Of a stretch of 64,000 nucleotides of DNA, positions 37,765-48,975 are shown piece by piece. The translations under genes were made by a program, and so were the position numbers. The notes under the pieces are model-generated. The model saw nothing but the letters and a program-made list of their open reading frames with translations, did no database searches and had not been told where the DNA came from. The DNA is taken from NCBI GenBank assembly GCA_052327205.1, contig CM126211.1, forward strand, positions 35,588,001 to 35,652,000, read 5' to 3'. Numbering within the stretch: the stretch's first letter is position 1; each line of letters opens with the position of its first letter. The stretch comes from Somniosus microcephalus (taxonomy: Eukaryota).

Positions 37765-40122
37765 TTAAAGTGGGGTGTCTTCTTCCCCCATTCGCACATA
37801 GCGTTCTTTCCATTCGCCCGCGTTCTCGTGCCTCTGGAGGCGTTTGCCTCTCTTACAATGCACGAAGAGCAAAAATATCACAATTAAAACCTGACATCCT
37901 ACTAGGATATGGGATGCTATTCTAATCCAGGCTGGGATTTCTATGTTGGTGAACAAGTCCCACCATGGTGGGATGGTTATGTCCAATATGTCTTTTCCTA
38001 TCTCTAAAGTCTTCTGCTCCAGTGTGTAGAAATGTTTCTGCGAAATTATAACGGCTTTTAAAATCTTGGTGAGGTGTTCGGGAAGAGGGGGAATGACATA
38101 ACCAAAATGCGCGACAAATCGTTGTAAGTCTGTGAAATTCTCTTTGATAGTGATGTGTACGGTGGAGGGCGCAGGAATGGGAACAATTCGTTGTTGTGCC
38201 ACTTGAACCTCGGCCCTGGGTTTGAAACAGAAACTGCTATCACCGACCGAACACCACTCGTGTTGTCCATATCGGTACTGAGGCGCTGCAGTGGTGACGC
38301 AGTATGTCCCACCCCCGATATATGCTACCTGTGGGGGCACATGGTCCTCTGCCATTGCCTCCATGGTGCAATTCACCGGCTTCGCGCTAGCGGTTCTGAA
38401 CCCGCACTGTGGTTTCAAAAAGGCATTCAAGTGCTGGGGACACAGGATGATGTGTGCTCCCCGGCTCCGACATCCCGAGAGGTCGGTGCCTGTCATCGTA
38501 CGCTCCCATCTGATGACGTAAGGCGGGACCACTGCGTAACGAATGTGTGCGCCCCCCTGAATGACTCCAATGTTCTCCACTCTGTATACCGGGGCGGGCT
38601 TTGCTGCGGGACCCAACACCGGCATTCTTACTACTATTCCCATAATAGTGTGATTCGAATGTCCGCAGTCCACTGGAACTGGGTATGCTTCTGCGGCTAG
38701 CCTGAGCTGGCACGGGCTTAATGCATTCTCAAAAGGGTGGAGCGCTTGCAAGTGCTTGTTGCTGATCCAGGACGGGACCAAACCCTGTTTTAAATCCTCA
38801 AGATTACTGCGGCCCTAGCCCAATAACCACGCCCCGTACAGCACACAGGCCTCGTTTTGCGCAGCCTGATCGGACGCATTCCGATCCTCCTTAATGAGTG
38901 CATTTACCGTTCTCGCGTGTTTCTCCAGCTCAGCAATTATGTCCTTAAAGTGTAGTGTCATGGCCTGGTCCTCATGCAACTCAGAACCCACTACCTTGTT
39001 TTCGTCTGTCAATATGTTCCTTAACTGGGCTTTTAAACCGTTGATCTGTGTCTGCAGCTCCACGTTATCTAGAGCGTTGACAACAGATGTCCCGGTATTA
39101 AAAGCAGTGAATATGTCATTTACAGTACCCCTTCTTTGCCTCCCGACTCGATCCAAAACTTCTGGCGGTGTGGTGTATAATTTGTCTCTGTCGATGTTGG
39201 CAAAGTCAAATTCGTAAAATTGTCTAAACATACGGGTTAACAGGACCTGGTATAATTGTTCCGTTTCTTTGGGACACCACTCCGGCAATCTTACCTCAGT
39301 GAGATTTTAAATCACTGAGGCCACCGCGTAGTGTACCCCTTGGTACAGCACCTGACCGGTGGGTACCAATACTAAACTGTTCCCGGGTCCCTTGGTGGTG
39401 GTTGGGCACCCTCCTTTCTGGGCTAGTGCTACCGGAAGCGTGGGCAGGGGCTTGCGTGGGCGGGTGATGAGTTCAGTGGCGTTCACCGGAATAGGGGAGT
39501 ATGGGGCTCCGCACGCTCGAGTGCTAACATCCCATCTCATCCCCTTCCCTTCATCCTGCCACTGCCTCTGGAAGAAGATGGACACGCCCTTGGGGCAGAC
39601 GTGTCTCGAACCCCACATACAGACATATATTCCCTCATCTGGTTCCCACCATTTGTCCCAACACACACGTAATTGTCCGTGAGTTCCCGTAATAGTCCGA
39701 TGGGTGTTATTACCCAGTCACTCCCACTTGACCGTAGAGTTTCTCATGTCCTTTCCCAGCTTTCGTAGCCACCACCATCGCCTTAGTGGTACGTTCCCAT
39801 TGCACACCAGACAAATCCTCTTTCCCACGGTAACGCTGACTCTGGGCGCTAGGATCCTCACTCGAGGGCACGTTAATGAAGTCTCTTGGTAGGCAAAACC
39901 GAAATTGCTGGAATATTCCGTAGAATTCGTTCCCAGCCAACCTGGCCATCTCCCTTGGTGGAAGTAGGTGGCGATTTCCTCTACCTCTCGCTCCCCCGTC
40001 CCATCCGTTGCGATGGGGGCCGTGTCCCCGGAGCACCCGAAAATGATGACGTCCTTGGTGCGGCCTCGGTAGGCCCACCCGCACCCGATCGCCATGAACA
40101 CGACGACAATCCTTTCCATCAT
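37765..40122 (-). pseudogene. env: Envelope glycoprotein (~785 codons, 3 in-frame stops)
   Basis: Four track ORFs share one frame; signal peptide MMERIVVVFMAIGCGWA, furin site RQRR (39130-39141), heptad region, Cys-rich region, TM helix, YVRM tail. Confidence 0.85.
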
Positions 40123-40304
40123 ATCCCAGGTTTCTGTAACCAACAAAACGATGTAGCTGGGCTCCCGATAGGTGCTGGCCTAAATTAATTGGACGCGCGG
40201 GTTCCTGGACCCCGCTCCCTAACAAACACACATACCGGGCAGACCTCAAAATTGTACTCTTAACACCATATACTTTACATTCCTCAAACTATGACCATAA
40301 TTAC

Positions 40305-43300
40305 CTAACTTAACTTATGTACAGCGCCGCCCTCCGTGGGGCGGCTTTCCGAATCCCTGTGAGGTCTGTCGTGTGCCACACCCTGCGGTGGGGCTGCATT
40401 GATCTTTGGCTTTGATCCCCCGCAGCCTGTCGCTGCTGAACGGGGATCATGTCTTCCTGGGGCTGCTTCAAACCGTGGTTGTGAAGGATGGGGAGAATCT
40501 GGCCAAAATTTTCTGGGCTGGGGCGCTTGAGCCGACCTACGAGGGGCTGCTTTGGGTTGGGCTCCCGGGGCCGATGGACCGGGGGTTGGGACTGTTACCG
40601 TTACAGCCTGTGGTTCCTCCACAGCTGCCGGCTCCAGCTCCCCTCCCTCAGGCTCCGCCCCCCCGGGGTCGGGATCTGTGGCTTCTGACTCCACCTCACC
40701 TGTCCCTACAGGTAACGAGTCTCCGCCCCCACTCCCTACCTCCCCCAAGCTTGAGTCGAGGGCGGGACTGCCGTCCTCTGACTCTTCCTCCTCCGTGATT
40801 GGGTCTAAAGCGAGGTTGAGCTGTTCGGGCTCTCCCCTGCCTAAATCCCATTCAAAAGATGAGACCTCCCACTCCAATGGGATGGCCTCTCCCTTCACGC
40901 AGGCTACTGCTCCAGCCTGTGTAGTCTGTGACTCTGTTACAGGATGAGGATCTTTGTTCTCAGACCTGGTCCCCTTTGGTGGCCCTTGTGTACCCGGTTT
41001 AAACAGTTTACACTGGTTGATGTGAAACCATTTGGTACGTCGGGGCGTCTTCACTGCATAAACCATGGGGCTGGCCTTGTCTACAATGCTGTATGGCCCC
41101 ATGTACAGTGGTTCAAAACTCCCTATCCTGGCGTAGTTTCGGACCATGACCTGGTCTCCGACTACCCACTCTTGTTGTTTCCGAGGTTCCAACAACAGTT
41201 TATTTCCCTGGTGCTGTCTTCCCATGTTCCCAGCCGCCTGTCCATAAATCTGTCTCAGGCGCTCCAAGAGGGTTTGGGCGAATTTGTCCCGTTTCACCTC
41301 TCGGAGCTGGCCCTCAGTGAGCACCGGGGCTAGCACATGGGTGGGTGTTCGCATGATCCTTCCAGTCATTAACTCGTGCGGGGAATACCCCGTGCTTTTG
41401 GACTGGCTGGCTCGGATCCCCATGAGGACTAAAGGCAGGACCTCCGCCCATTTCTGGGGCGAGCCCATTGTCTCTTTCCTCAGCTTTTCCTTGAGGGTCC
41501 GATTCATACGCTCAACAATCCCGGATGACTGGGGATTGTATGCTACGTGCCACTTTCCCTCAATGCCCAAAAGCATGAGGGCGTTCTGCATTACTTGACC
41601 GGTGAACTGACTCCCTTGGTCGGACTCTACAAAACGGGGGAGTCCCCACCGTGAGAACACTTCCCGAATCAAGATCTTAGCAGTACCCAGTGCCGTAGCT
41701 GTTCTGCACGGGAAGGCTTCTACCCATTTGGTGAACACATCTACCAGGACAAGGCAGTACTTATAGCCTCCCTGGGCGGCGGGCAGGGGCCCTATGTAGT
41801 CGACCTGAATCGACTGCCATGGTCCCTCTACCCTCCTGATGTGCCCCATGGGCATCTTCCTTTTGTGGGGGTCTGGGTTGTTAGCAGCACACACAAGACA
41901 GCTTGCGCAGAACTCGCGGACATCGTCCCGAAGTCCCGGCCACCATCCCGCCTGCTCCACCCGTTGCCAGGTGACCTCAGGTCCGGGGTGTCCCGCTCCT
42001 GGACCCTCGTGGGCCAATTGCAGGAATTCCCTTCGGTGCTGCTGCGGCACAACCCACTGCTCCTCTCGGAACAGCATACCTTCTTTGACTGTGAGGGCTG
42101 CCGTACTGTACGGACCTTCTACCTGTTTGCCCTCTGTGATGGCTTTTAGGACTGCTTTTAGGGCGGGATCCAGGGTTTGGACGGTCTTTAGGTCTGGGGG
42201 CGGTGTCACCCCTGTGTTCCCGGGAATTCCCTCCCTGCCTTGGATCGCCGCCACGGGTCCGGGTTCGTATGGGTCCCAGAGAATGCCGTTGCGGGCACCT
42301 TCCCTGGCTAGCGCATCCACCTGCTGGTTGCCCTGACTGCGGGGTTCTGTAGTGGAGTGAGCCTTCACCTTATGGATGAACACCTCTCCTTTCTCCCCCA
42401 CAGCTGCTAGGATCTTCTCCAGCAAGGGCTTAACTGTTAAAGGCCGCCCGTCCGCGGAGGTGTACCCGCGTCGGGACCAGATGGCGAGGTACTCTGTACA
42501 CGAATTGCACGTGAACATGCTGTCTGAGCAAATCGTGTATGGGGTTGGGAAAATCTCGGGGTGGGTAACCACGTACGCCACCGCGGACAGTTCAGCCTGC
42601 TGCGCGCTCATAGTGCTGGGGAGCTTAATTGCCAGGGCAATGTTTGCCGCAGGGTCATAAACTCCACACCCTGTGAGTCGCTTGCCGTCAGCTACAGTGC
42701 TAGAACCGTCTACGTAGATCTCCCGGCCTGTGGGATGTATCCCGGCCCGTAAACCTATGTTAACTTCCCATACCCCTTCTACGGAACATTGATGGGCTGT
42801 CCCGGGATATGCCATATTGGCTGCGAGCCTTGGCGCGCAGAGGCCTTTAACTTTGAGATCCATCTGGGAAAGGAGGAGGGTCCAGCGCGCAATCCGAGCG
42901 CTGCTCACGGTCCCATCCTTAATCCTCCCGTCCAGAAGCATCTTCGTGGGGGTGTGATGGGTGAGGAGCGTAATGGGAGAGGTCCCTTTGAAGATCACTG
43001 ATCTGTTCACAGCCCAATGCGTGGCCAGGAGATGCCGTTCGCAATTGGAGAAACTCCTCTCCACATCCGTGAGCACCCTGGAGGAATAAACTACTGGTCT
43101 TAGCTTGCCGTGCTGCTCTTGGAGCAGCACTGCGCTCAGGCTGTCCCCACTAGCGGCTACCTCCAGAAAGAACTCCTCTCCCCCATCTATGGCCCCTAAG
43201 GCTGGCGCGGTCTGCAGATCTCTTTTCAACTTCTCGAATGCTGCCTGGCACCCCTCGTCCTAAGACCACTCGACTCCCTTGTGTAAGAGTCGAAGTAGCG

Positions 43301-44665
43301 GGGCCGCTGTGGCAGCATAGTCCTCGATGAAATCTCTGCAGTACCCGGTCAATCCCAAAAAGGACCTTACACCCGTTACTGTGTTGGGAATCGGCAGATC
43401 TTGTATAGATTCCCGTCTGGCCTTATCTATGGCTCTTTCCCCAGCGCGGATGGCCAGACCCAGGAATTTAACTTCCTGCTGGCCGATCTGGGCTTTCTTT
43501 GGGTTTACTTTGAAACCCTTCCTTTCTAACAGTTCCAACAATTCGGCTAACAGTGGGCCGTGCTGCTCCCTTGTATCTGTGAACAGGAGTAAGTCGTCCA
43601 CATACTGCACTATCTGGTTGGGCTGGCTGAACTCTTTCAAACTCCCCGCCATGCACTGATGGAAAATGCTGGGGCTGTTGTGAAAACCCTGTGGTAAGCA
43701 GTTCCAAGTGTACTGTTGCCCTTTGAAAGTAAAGGCAAACTTGTACTGGTCCTCCCGCCGCAGCGGAATGGACCAAAAACCGTTCGAGATGTCCAGCACC
43801 GTGAATGTGGTCGCCGATGCTGGAATACTCCCTATTAAGTCTGCAACTGCTGCTACCGTGGGCGCGCAGGCTGGGATATTACTATTGAGGACTCTGTAGT
43901 CCACCGTGGCTCTCCACAAATTGTCCGGTTTCTTTACCGGCCATAATGGGGAGTTCACGTGGGTGGCTATCGTCCTCAACACGCCCTGCTGTACCAATGA
44001 AGATATTGCTGTCTCCATGTCGGGTTCTGCCTCCTTGGGGAAATTATACTGCTTTTGGGGTCGGATCATGGGGTCCCCGTCTACGCTGACTTCAAACCCA
44101 GTGACTCTCCCACAGTCGTGCTTGTGGGTGGCGAACGCGGTCAGATTTTCTGACACACGCGCCTGCAAGTCCGTTGGGACGTTTGTTACCATGAGCTCGA
44201 GATCGTAACCTCCTGACGGCTTCATAGTGCACAGGGCCCCCTTTTCTTCCTTCCCGGGATTACGACTACCTTACCTAAACCGCCCTCGGCTCCCCAGAGA
44301 CAGTGATTTCTCAGGTCCACAAGGATCCCGTGTTCCACCAAGAAATCAGCCCCGAGGATGCCTTTCCCCCCCGCCTCATTCCACTTCAATAGGATGCACG
44401 TCCATGTGGTGTGGAGCGCTCCCAACTGAATGGAGAGCGGGAGGGAGTACGCGCCAGCCTGTTCTCTACCTGTGAAACCCGCTACTAAATATGGAGCCTG
44501 GGCGGACAGAGGTGAGGCAAAAGGTTTGTCCGTGTGGATCACGGTACACGAAGCTTCCGTATCCAACAGGTAACTACCCCTTTGTTTCTCCACCTCCATC
44601 TCCACCACAGGTCTTCTCCAAGCGTCATAGCGGAGCGGACACAAGTAGACGGGCTGCGCGGGCAT
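40305..44665 (-). pseudogene. pol: pro-pol: protease, RT, tether RNase H, RNase H, integrase
   Basis: LLDTEAS (DTG to DTE), frameshift near 44250, YVDD, stop at 43260, YVDGS/AELSA/SDS/KVKAH/GNQQVD, HHCC, QVDYIG/SDQG/IVERMN. Confidence 0.92.
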
Positions 44666-44668
44666 CAG

Positions 44669-46597
44669 TCATTTAGGTGTTTCGGCTGGGGTCTCGGGGG
44701 CGATAGGGCTGTTAGCAACCGCTACCTTCCCCTGCCAGGTCATCAGAGACCGCATAGTCTCCAAGACTGACTCGATCGCAGCGGGGTCCACAACCGCACC
44801 ACCCCCTTTATTCGGGGCAGAGGCTACGGTTGGGTTCTGGACTGGTGTTGGGGCAGCGGCCTGCACTTGTGGTTGTGCTGGTGTTGGGTAAACTCTCGGG
44901 CCGTTGGCGACTCGGGCTTGGGCTTGATCTTGGGCTGCGGCGAACGCTCTCTCCCTCTTATCCTTCCAAGGATTCCTACAGTCCTTGCGCCAATGACCCT
45001 CCTTCCCACACCCGTAACAACTGCTATTGGCTTGGGGATGGCGATTTCCCTCCTGACGCCATTCCTTTTTAGCAGAGGCTGCGGGTCTCACCTCATGCAC
45101 CTTTCCTTTCACAACAGGCGTTTTCTTGCCCTTGTTGTTTCTATAACTGATCGTGAGCTGATCTAGTACTACTTCCTCCGTGGAGCGGGCGTTAGTGGGG
45201 TCAAACCATGCTTTGGCCTGCTCCTTCACTACTGGCAGGCAACCTGCTACCAGGCACCGAAGCCAGTGAGCCCTTTGTTCGCCATCCAGCCCGGCCCGGG
45301 CCGGCCCGCCCGGGCAGCTGCGCCGATACACTGGCCACAACCTGTCGGCGAAAACCCTTGGGGGTTCTCCCTCTAGCTGCACTGTCTTTTCTAAACGGAG
45401 GAACGGAGTTCCGTCCCCCTCTCCCATGATCTCCAGAATCTCATCCCGTAGCAACTCATAGTCCCTGTGCCCTCTCTTGCTCTCGTCAGGGAGACACTGG
45501 AGGAGCGAACTGTCCAGGGAGAACAGCAGCATTTTAGACTGTTCAACCCCGTCGCAGTCATTGACTGCTGCGGTCTGCTCCACGTCCCTGAAATGCACGG
45601 AGGGATCTCCTGACTCGGAGAGTTTTGGGATGTGACTTATCATCTCTCTTAGCTGTCGTGCGCTATGAGGCATTATGATCTGACTCTCAAGGGGTCCGTC
45701 ATCGCCATTTTCTTCATTTGGACCGAGCCTCCGGTGTCTCGTTGGACACATCGGCGCCGGCCCCGACTCTACTGTCTGGGGTTGCTCTACCTCAGGGCTC
45801 TCTTCCTCTACCGTCTCCGTCTCCTGTCCCGGAGTCCAAGACTCCTCATAGGCAGGAGGCGCAGAGGGTTCGGGGGTTGGTACCCCAACTGCCTCTTGTG
45901 GAATCGGTCTTTTGGATTCCTTGGCTAGCAACAGCTGACTCGCTGGTGGATTTATGAGACACACCAACCCGTTTGCCTTCGCTAGGGCCTTTCTCAGGTC
46001 CTCTCGCTCCCGGCGGCAAGCGCTGTGGTCGGTGTTCTCAGATCTATCCTCCATGGCCATCTTATATGCTGCCCTGGCTCCCAGGAGCTTTTCCTCTTGG
46101 GCATCTACTTGTTTGGCTAGACGGAAACACCTCTCTCTCATTCTACCTTCACTGGCCTTGGCCTCAACGACCTGACATTTTAAATATTCTACCCGGGTTT
46201 CGTGGCAGCGAATTACAGAGCGGCGTTCCTGATTCAGCGCGTCAAGTGATTCAATCAGTTTTTGACCTCCCGCAACCTTTTCCTCTACGTCTTTAAGCAA
46301 GCCGTTGATCTGGACTGTCTGTGCTGCAACTACCTGGTCCAAAAGCTGGACTTGCTTCTTGTAGCACATCAGCCAGACCGCCTTTTCTACAGATTTCTTA
46401 TGCTCTCTACCCGCTGTCCACTTGATGGCTGCGTCTAGCGGGCGCCTATCCCTTAGTAGATCAGATATCCATTGTTTTGTGAGGTTGACTTTTCTGAAAA
46501 CATAATCTGCTATTCTTTCATCCATCACATTTCGTTTATTCAGATCTTGATCTAACACACTACTTTCCTGCTGCCAAGGTCCTGCCGCGGTCGCCAT
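44669..46597 (-). CDS. gag: Gag polyprotein (642 aa)
   Basis: Open ORF; N-terminal coiled coil, PSAPPAY, capsid-like region, CCHC knuckle CYGCGKEGHWRKDC. Confidence 0.88.
   Translation of the reverse strand: MATAAGPWQQESSVLDQDLNKRNVMDERIADYVFRKVNLTKQWISDLLRDRRPLDAAIKWTAGREHKKSVEKAVWLMCYKKQVQLLDQVVAAQTVQINGLLKDVEEKVAGGQKLIESLDALNQERRSVIRCHETRVEYLKCQVVEAKASEGRMRERCFRLAKQVDAQEEKLLGARAAYKMAMEDRSENTDHSACRREREDLRKALAKANGLVCLINPPASQLLLAKESKRPIPQEAVGVPTPEPSAPPAYEESWTPGQETETVEEESPEVEQPQTVESGPAPMCPTRHRRLGPNEENGDDGPLESQIIMPHSARQLREMISHIPKLSESGDPSVHFRDVEQTAAVNDCDGVEQSKMLLFSLDSSLLQCLPDESKRGHRDYELLRDEILEIMGEGDGTPFLRLEKTVQLEGEPPRVFADRLWPVYRRSCPGGPARAGLDGEQRAHWLRCLVAGCLPVVKEQAKAWFDPTNARSTEEVVLDQLTISYRNNKGKKTPVVKGKVHEVRPAASAKKEWRQEGNRHPQANSSCYGCGKEGHWRKDCRNPWKDKRERAFAAAQDQAQARVANGPRVYPTPAQPQVQAAAPTPVQNPTVASAPNKGGGAVVDPAAIESVLETMRSLMTWQGKVAVANSPIAPETPAETPK
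46579..46596 (-). promoter_or_regulatory. Primer-binding site, tRNA-Arg(UCG)-like
   Basis: TGGCGACCGCGGCAGGAC is complementary to the 3' end (GTCCTGCCGCGGTCGCCA) of vertebrate tRNA-Arg-TCG as recalled; 4 nt from the LTR. Confidence 0.82.
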
Positions 46598-46600
46598 TTC

Positions 46601-48139
46601 TGTAGGGTTTTTTTTCCTGCTCTCTTGCCCGTTCTGGCCCCCTGCCAGGCTTCGTGCAAGAATTACCCTTGAGTGGTTCGACCCACCCCCCCCTACGGTT
46701 CTAGACCTTGGACTTAGATGCAGAGAACAGTAATGCAGAGAAGAGGACTCAATAGACCAGGCTGAATAGCACGAAATGGATGCTTTTATTTTTGAACAGT
46801 TGGAAGCATTACAAAATACATGTCATAGGCACAGATTAAAGTAACTACAATCATGCACAAATTTATGAACTTGACTCTATGGAAATGGGGAACACACGGC
46901 ACATCGTAAAAGGGGAAACACATTACGATTTCCCTTAACTCCCTCCCCTATACCTAAACTAAGTTTCGACCTGGGGAACTTGGGATCATGCTCACCACTC
47001 TCGAAATCGCGAAAAGGGGTTCGCAGCCTTTTTGACACCGCTTCCCGTCGTCACGTGGATTGGAAGCTTCTGGCGCAGTCGATATTCTCTCCTCCCTCGA
47101 GGCGGTGGGGTAGACCCAGCCTCGATGAGCGCTCGTCAAGGTTGAGATCCACTAGGCCTGTTGTGGATTTTTGTTCGTGGAGTAGACCTAGATGCAGGTT
47201 ATGCACATGGGAGAATCTTGTGGCATCGATCGCCGGTTCTCCAAAGGGTTTCTTCTCCATCGGCCTGGGTCGTCGATGATCTCCCGACCCCAGTACCCGG
47301 GCCACCCTTGTCGTCTTCTCGTCGTGGCCGAGCCTTGTTTGGCTGAACACCGGCCACGTTGTCCCTTTTCCGAAACCGTCCGTCTTTAAAAAGACGAAAA
47401 CGTTTTCATCGATCTGCCGAAGTGGAAGAGGCGCCGATCCGGGCACCGTCCGCCCTTCGTTCGTTCCTCGTAGAAGAAAGTTCTTGAAGAAAAAAGGAAG
47501 CCTGAAGTCGCCCAACAAGAAGCCGTAGCAGTGAAGAAGTCCCTTAGATGGACTTTCAATCCATAGTTATACTCTTTTGGGACAGTCTTATCTCCCGCCA
47601 AATCATAGTCCTGTCTTTGTATTAATTTTGGCAGGCAGAGATCTCTGCAGGGGCGCTTTGTCTGGTAACGGAGCCGGTGATAACTTGAACTGGCCTTCCT
47701 GGCCAATAATGTCTGTTAATGTCCTTTGCATTGTCACTGCGGCTCGGTTCGCATATTGATCGGTCCGGACATTTTCCTTGATGGCTGCTAAACGGTTTTT
47801 CCTTTGTACAATAAATGGGTATAAGTGTTTTTACATTGTCCGCCCATATCTTGATGGGCCCCATCCTGTACTTATAATCCATTGAATATGTATGCTGTTG
47901 CTCTGAGTTTCGGTTCCCAGATACTGGCTTTCGCGGGTTTACTGTCTTCAATCCACAAGCCTGTCTAGCTTGCAGTAACAGAAATAAACTGGTTCAGAAA
48001 CTGATCACGGGGCCTGGCGGCCATTTTGTATGCCCTTTTATCAAAGGTTTTTCTGTGCAAGCTTACTTTGGTCAATAAACAGTCTTATTTTTATCCAGTT
48101 TTCTTGCTTGATTTTTGCTGAAAATTTTCGAATCTTACA
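46601..48139 (-). repeat. 5' LTR of provirus
   Basis: Direct repeat of 35809-37347. Confidence 0.95.
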
Positions 48140-48975
48140 GTCGATAACTTCTTGTTTGCCTACCGGAAAGCGACACATGCGGTTACCAACCAAACTCCAG
48201 CCATGAAGTTCTTCAATCGAAGACTACGATGCCGCTTGGATTTGGTTAAGCCAAACGTCAGAAGAGATGTGTAGAACAGTCAGTTTCAGAGTATGAATGA
48301 AAGGCCGACCAGGAGTTTTAAGATAGGTCAACCAGTTTTGGTCCGGGACTACCGCACAGAGAAATGGCAGCCAGGAACGATCTGTACACGGCAAGGACCT
48401 CTAATGTATACCGTGGACGTTGGAGAGAGCATTGTAAGACGCCATGCTGACCAGATTCTAGAGTCACTGGAAAACGTGAACTCCACACCACGATCTGATA
48501 CACCTGGCGATGAAACCGAAGTACCAATTGCATCTACCGCAGAATCGGTGATATTGGAAGCAGACGAACCAAACAACGACATTGATCCCGACTCAACCTT
48601 GCCAGAAGAACCTGATATCCCAAAGAGGCGTTATCCAGACAGAATCAGGAAGCCTCCTCAAAGACTGAACTTATAATTGCTTAACTTCAACCAATGTATC
48701 TAGCAACCGTAATTGTAATTGTAATTAGTTATTATTTAGTTGTTAAATGAATGTTATGTACTGTTTATCTAAAAGGGGAGGAATTGTTGTGTATGTACCT
48801 TTAAGGGAATAACTGGTCTCAGACTGCAGTACCGGCAGTGACCACCCCTCTATAAAAGGGCCTAGCAGGCTTCTGTAGATTCAGTTTCCAAGTTGTCTTC
48901 ATTCAGTAAAGACTTGTTATAATCAACTCCTGCAGTCCGTGTCTCAATTATACACAGACATAATAAAGACAAGGT

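Larger units (their letters stand above)
35809..48139 (-). mobile_element. Endogenous retrovirus-like provirus with gag, pro-pol and env (lokiretrovirus-like)
   Basis: Two 1539-bp LTRs, 4-bp TSD GTGG/GTCG, PBS, PPT, RT LPQGFHNSP/YVDD, dual RNase H, env. Confidence 0.92.
31472..48965 (+). mobile_element. Gypsy LTR retrotransposon G2, interrupted by the provirus
   Basis: LTRs 31472-31652 and 48785-48965, TSD AAGAC, PBS TGGTGACGAG, PPT AAAAGGGGAGGAA. Confidence 0.93.

Noticed and set aside
39710-40249. 179-aa ORF as an accessory gene between pol and env
   Set aside because: Non-ATG start and overlap with the env frame, which carries the signal peptide and Ig-like motif
44222-44260. Programmed pro/pol frameshift
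   Set aside because: No clear slippery heptamer; a single-base indel in a purine run is simpler, though other copies are needed to confirm
37765-44665. APOBEC-type hypermutation of the provirus
   Set aside because: Only two obvious G-to-A lesions (DTG to DTE and a probable TGG to TAG); the other stops are of different types
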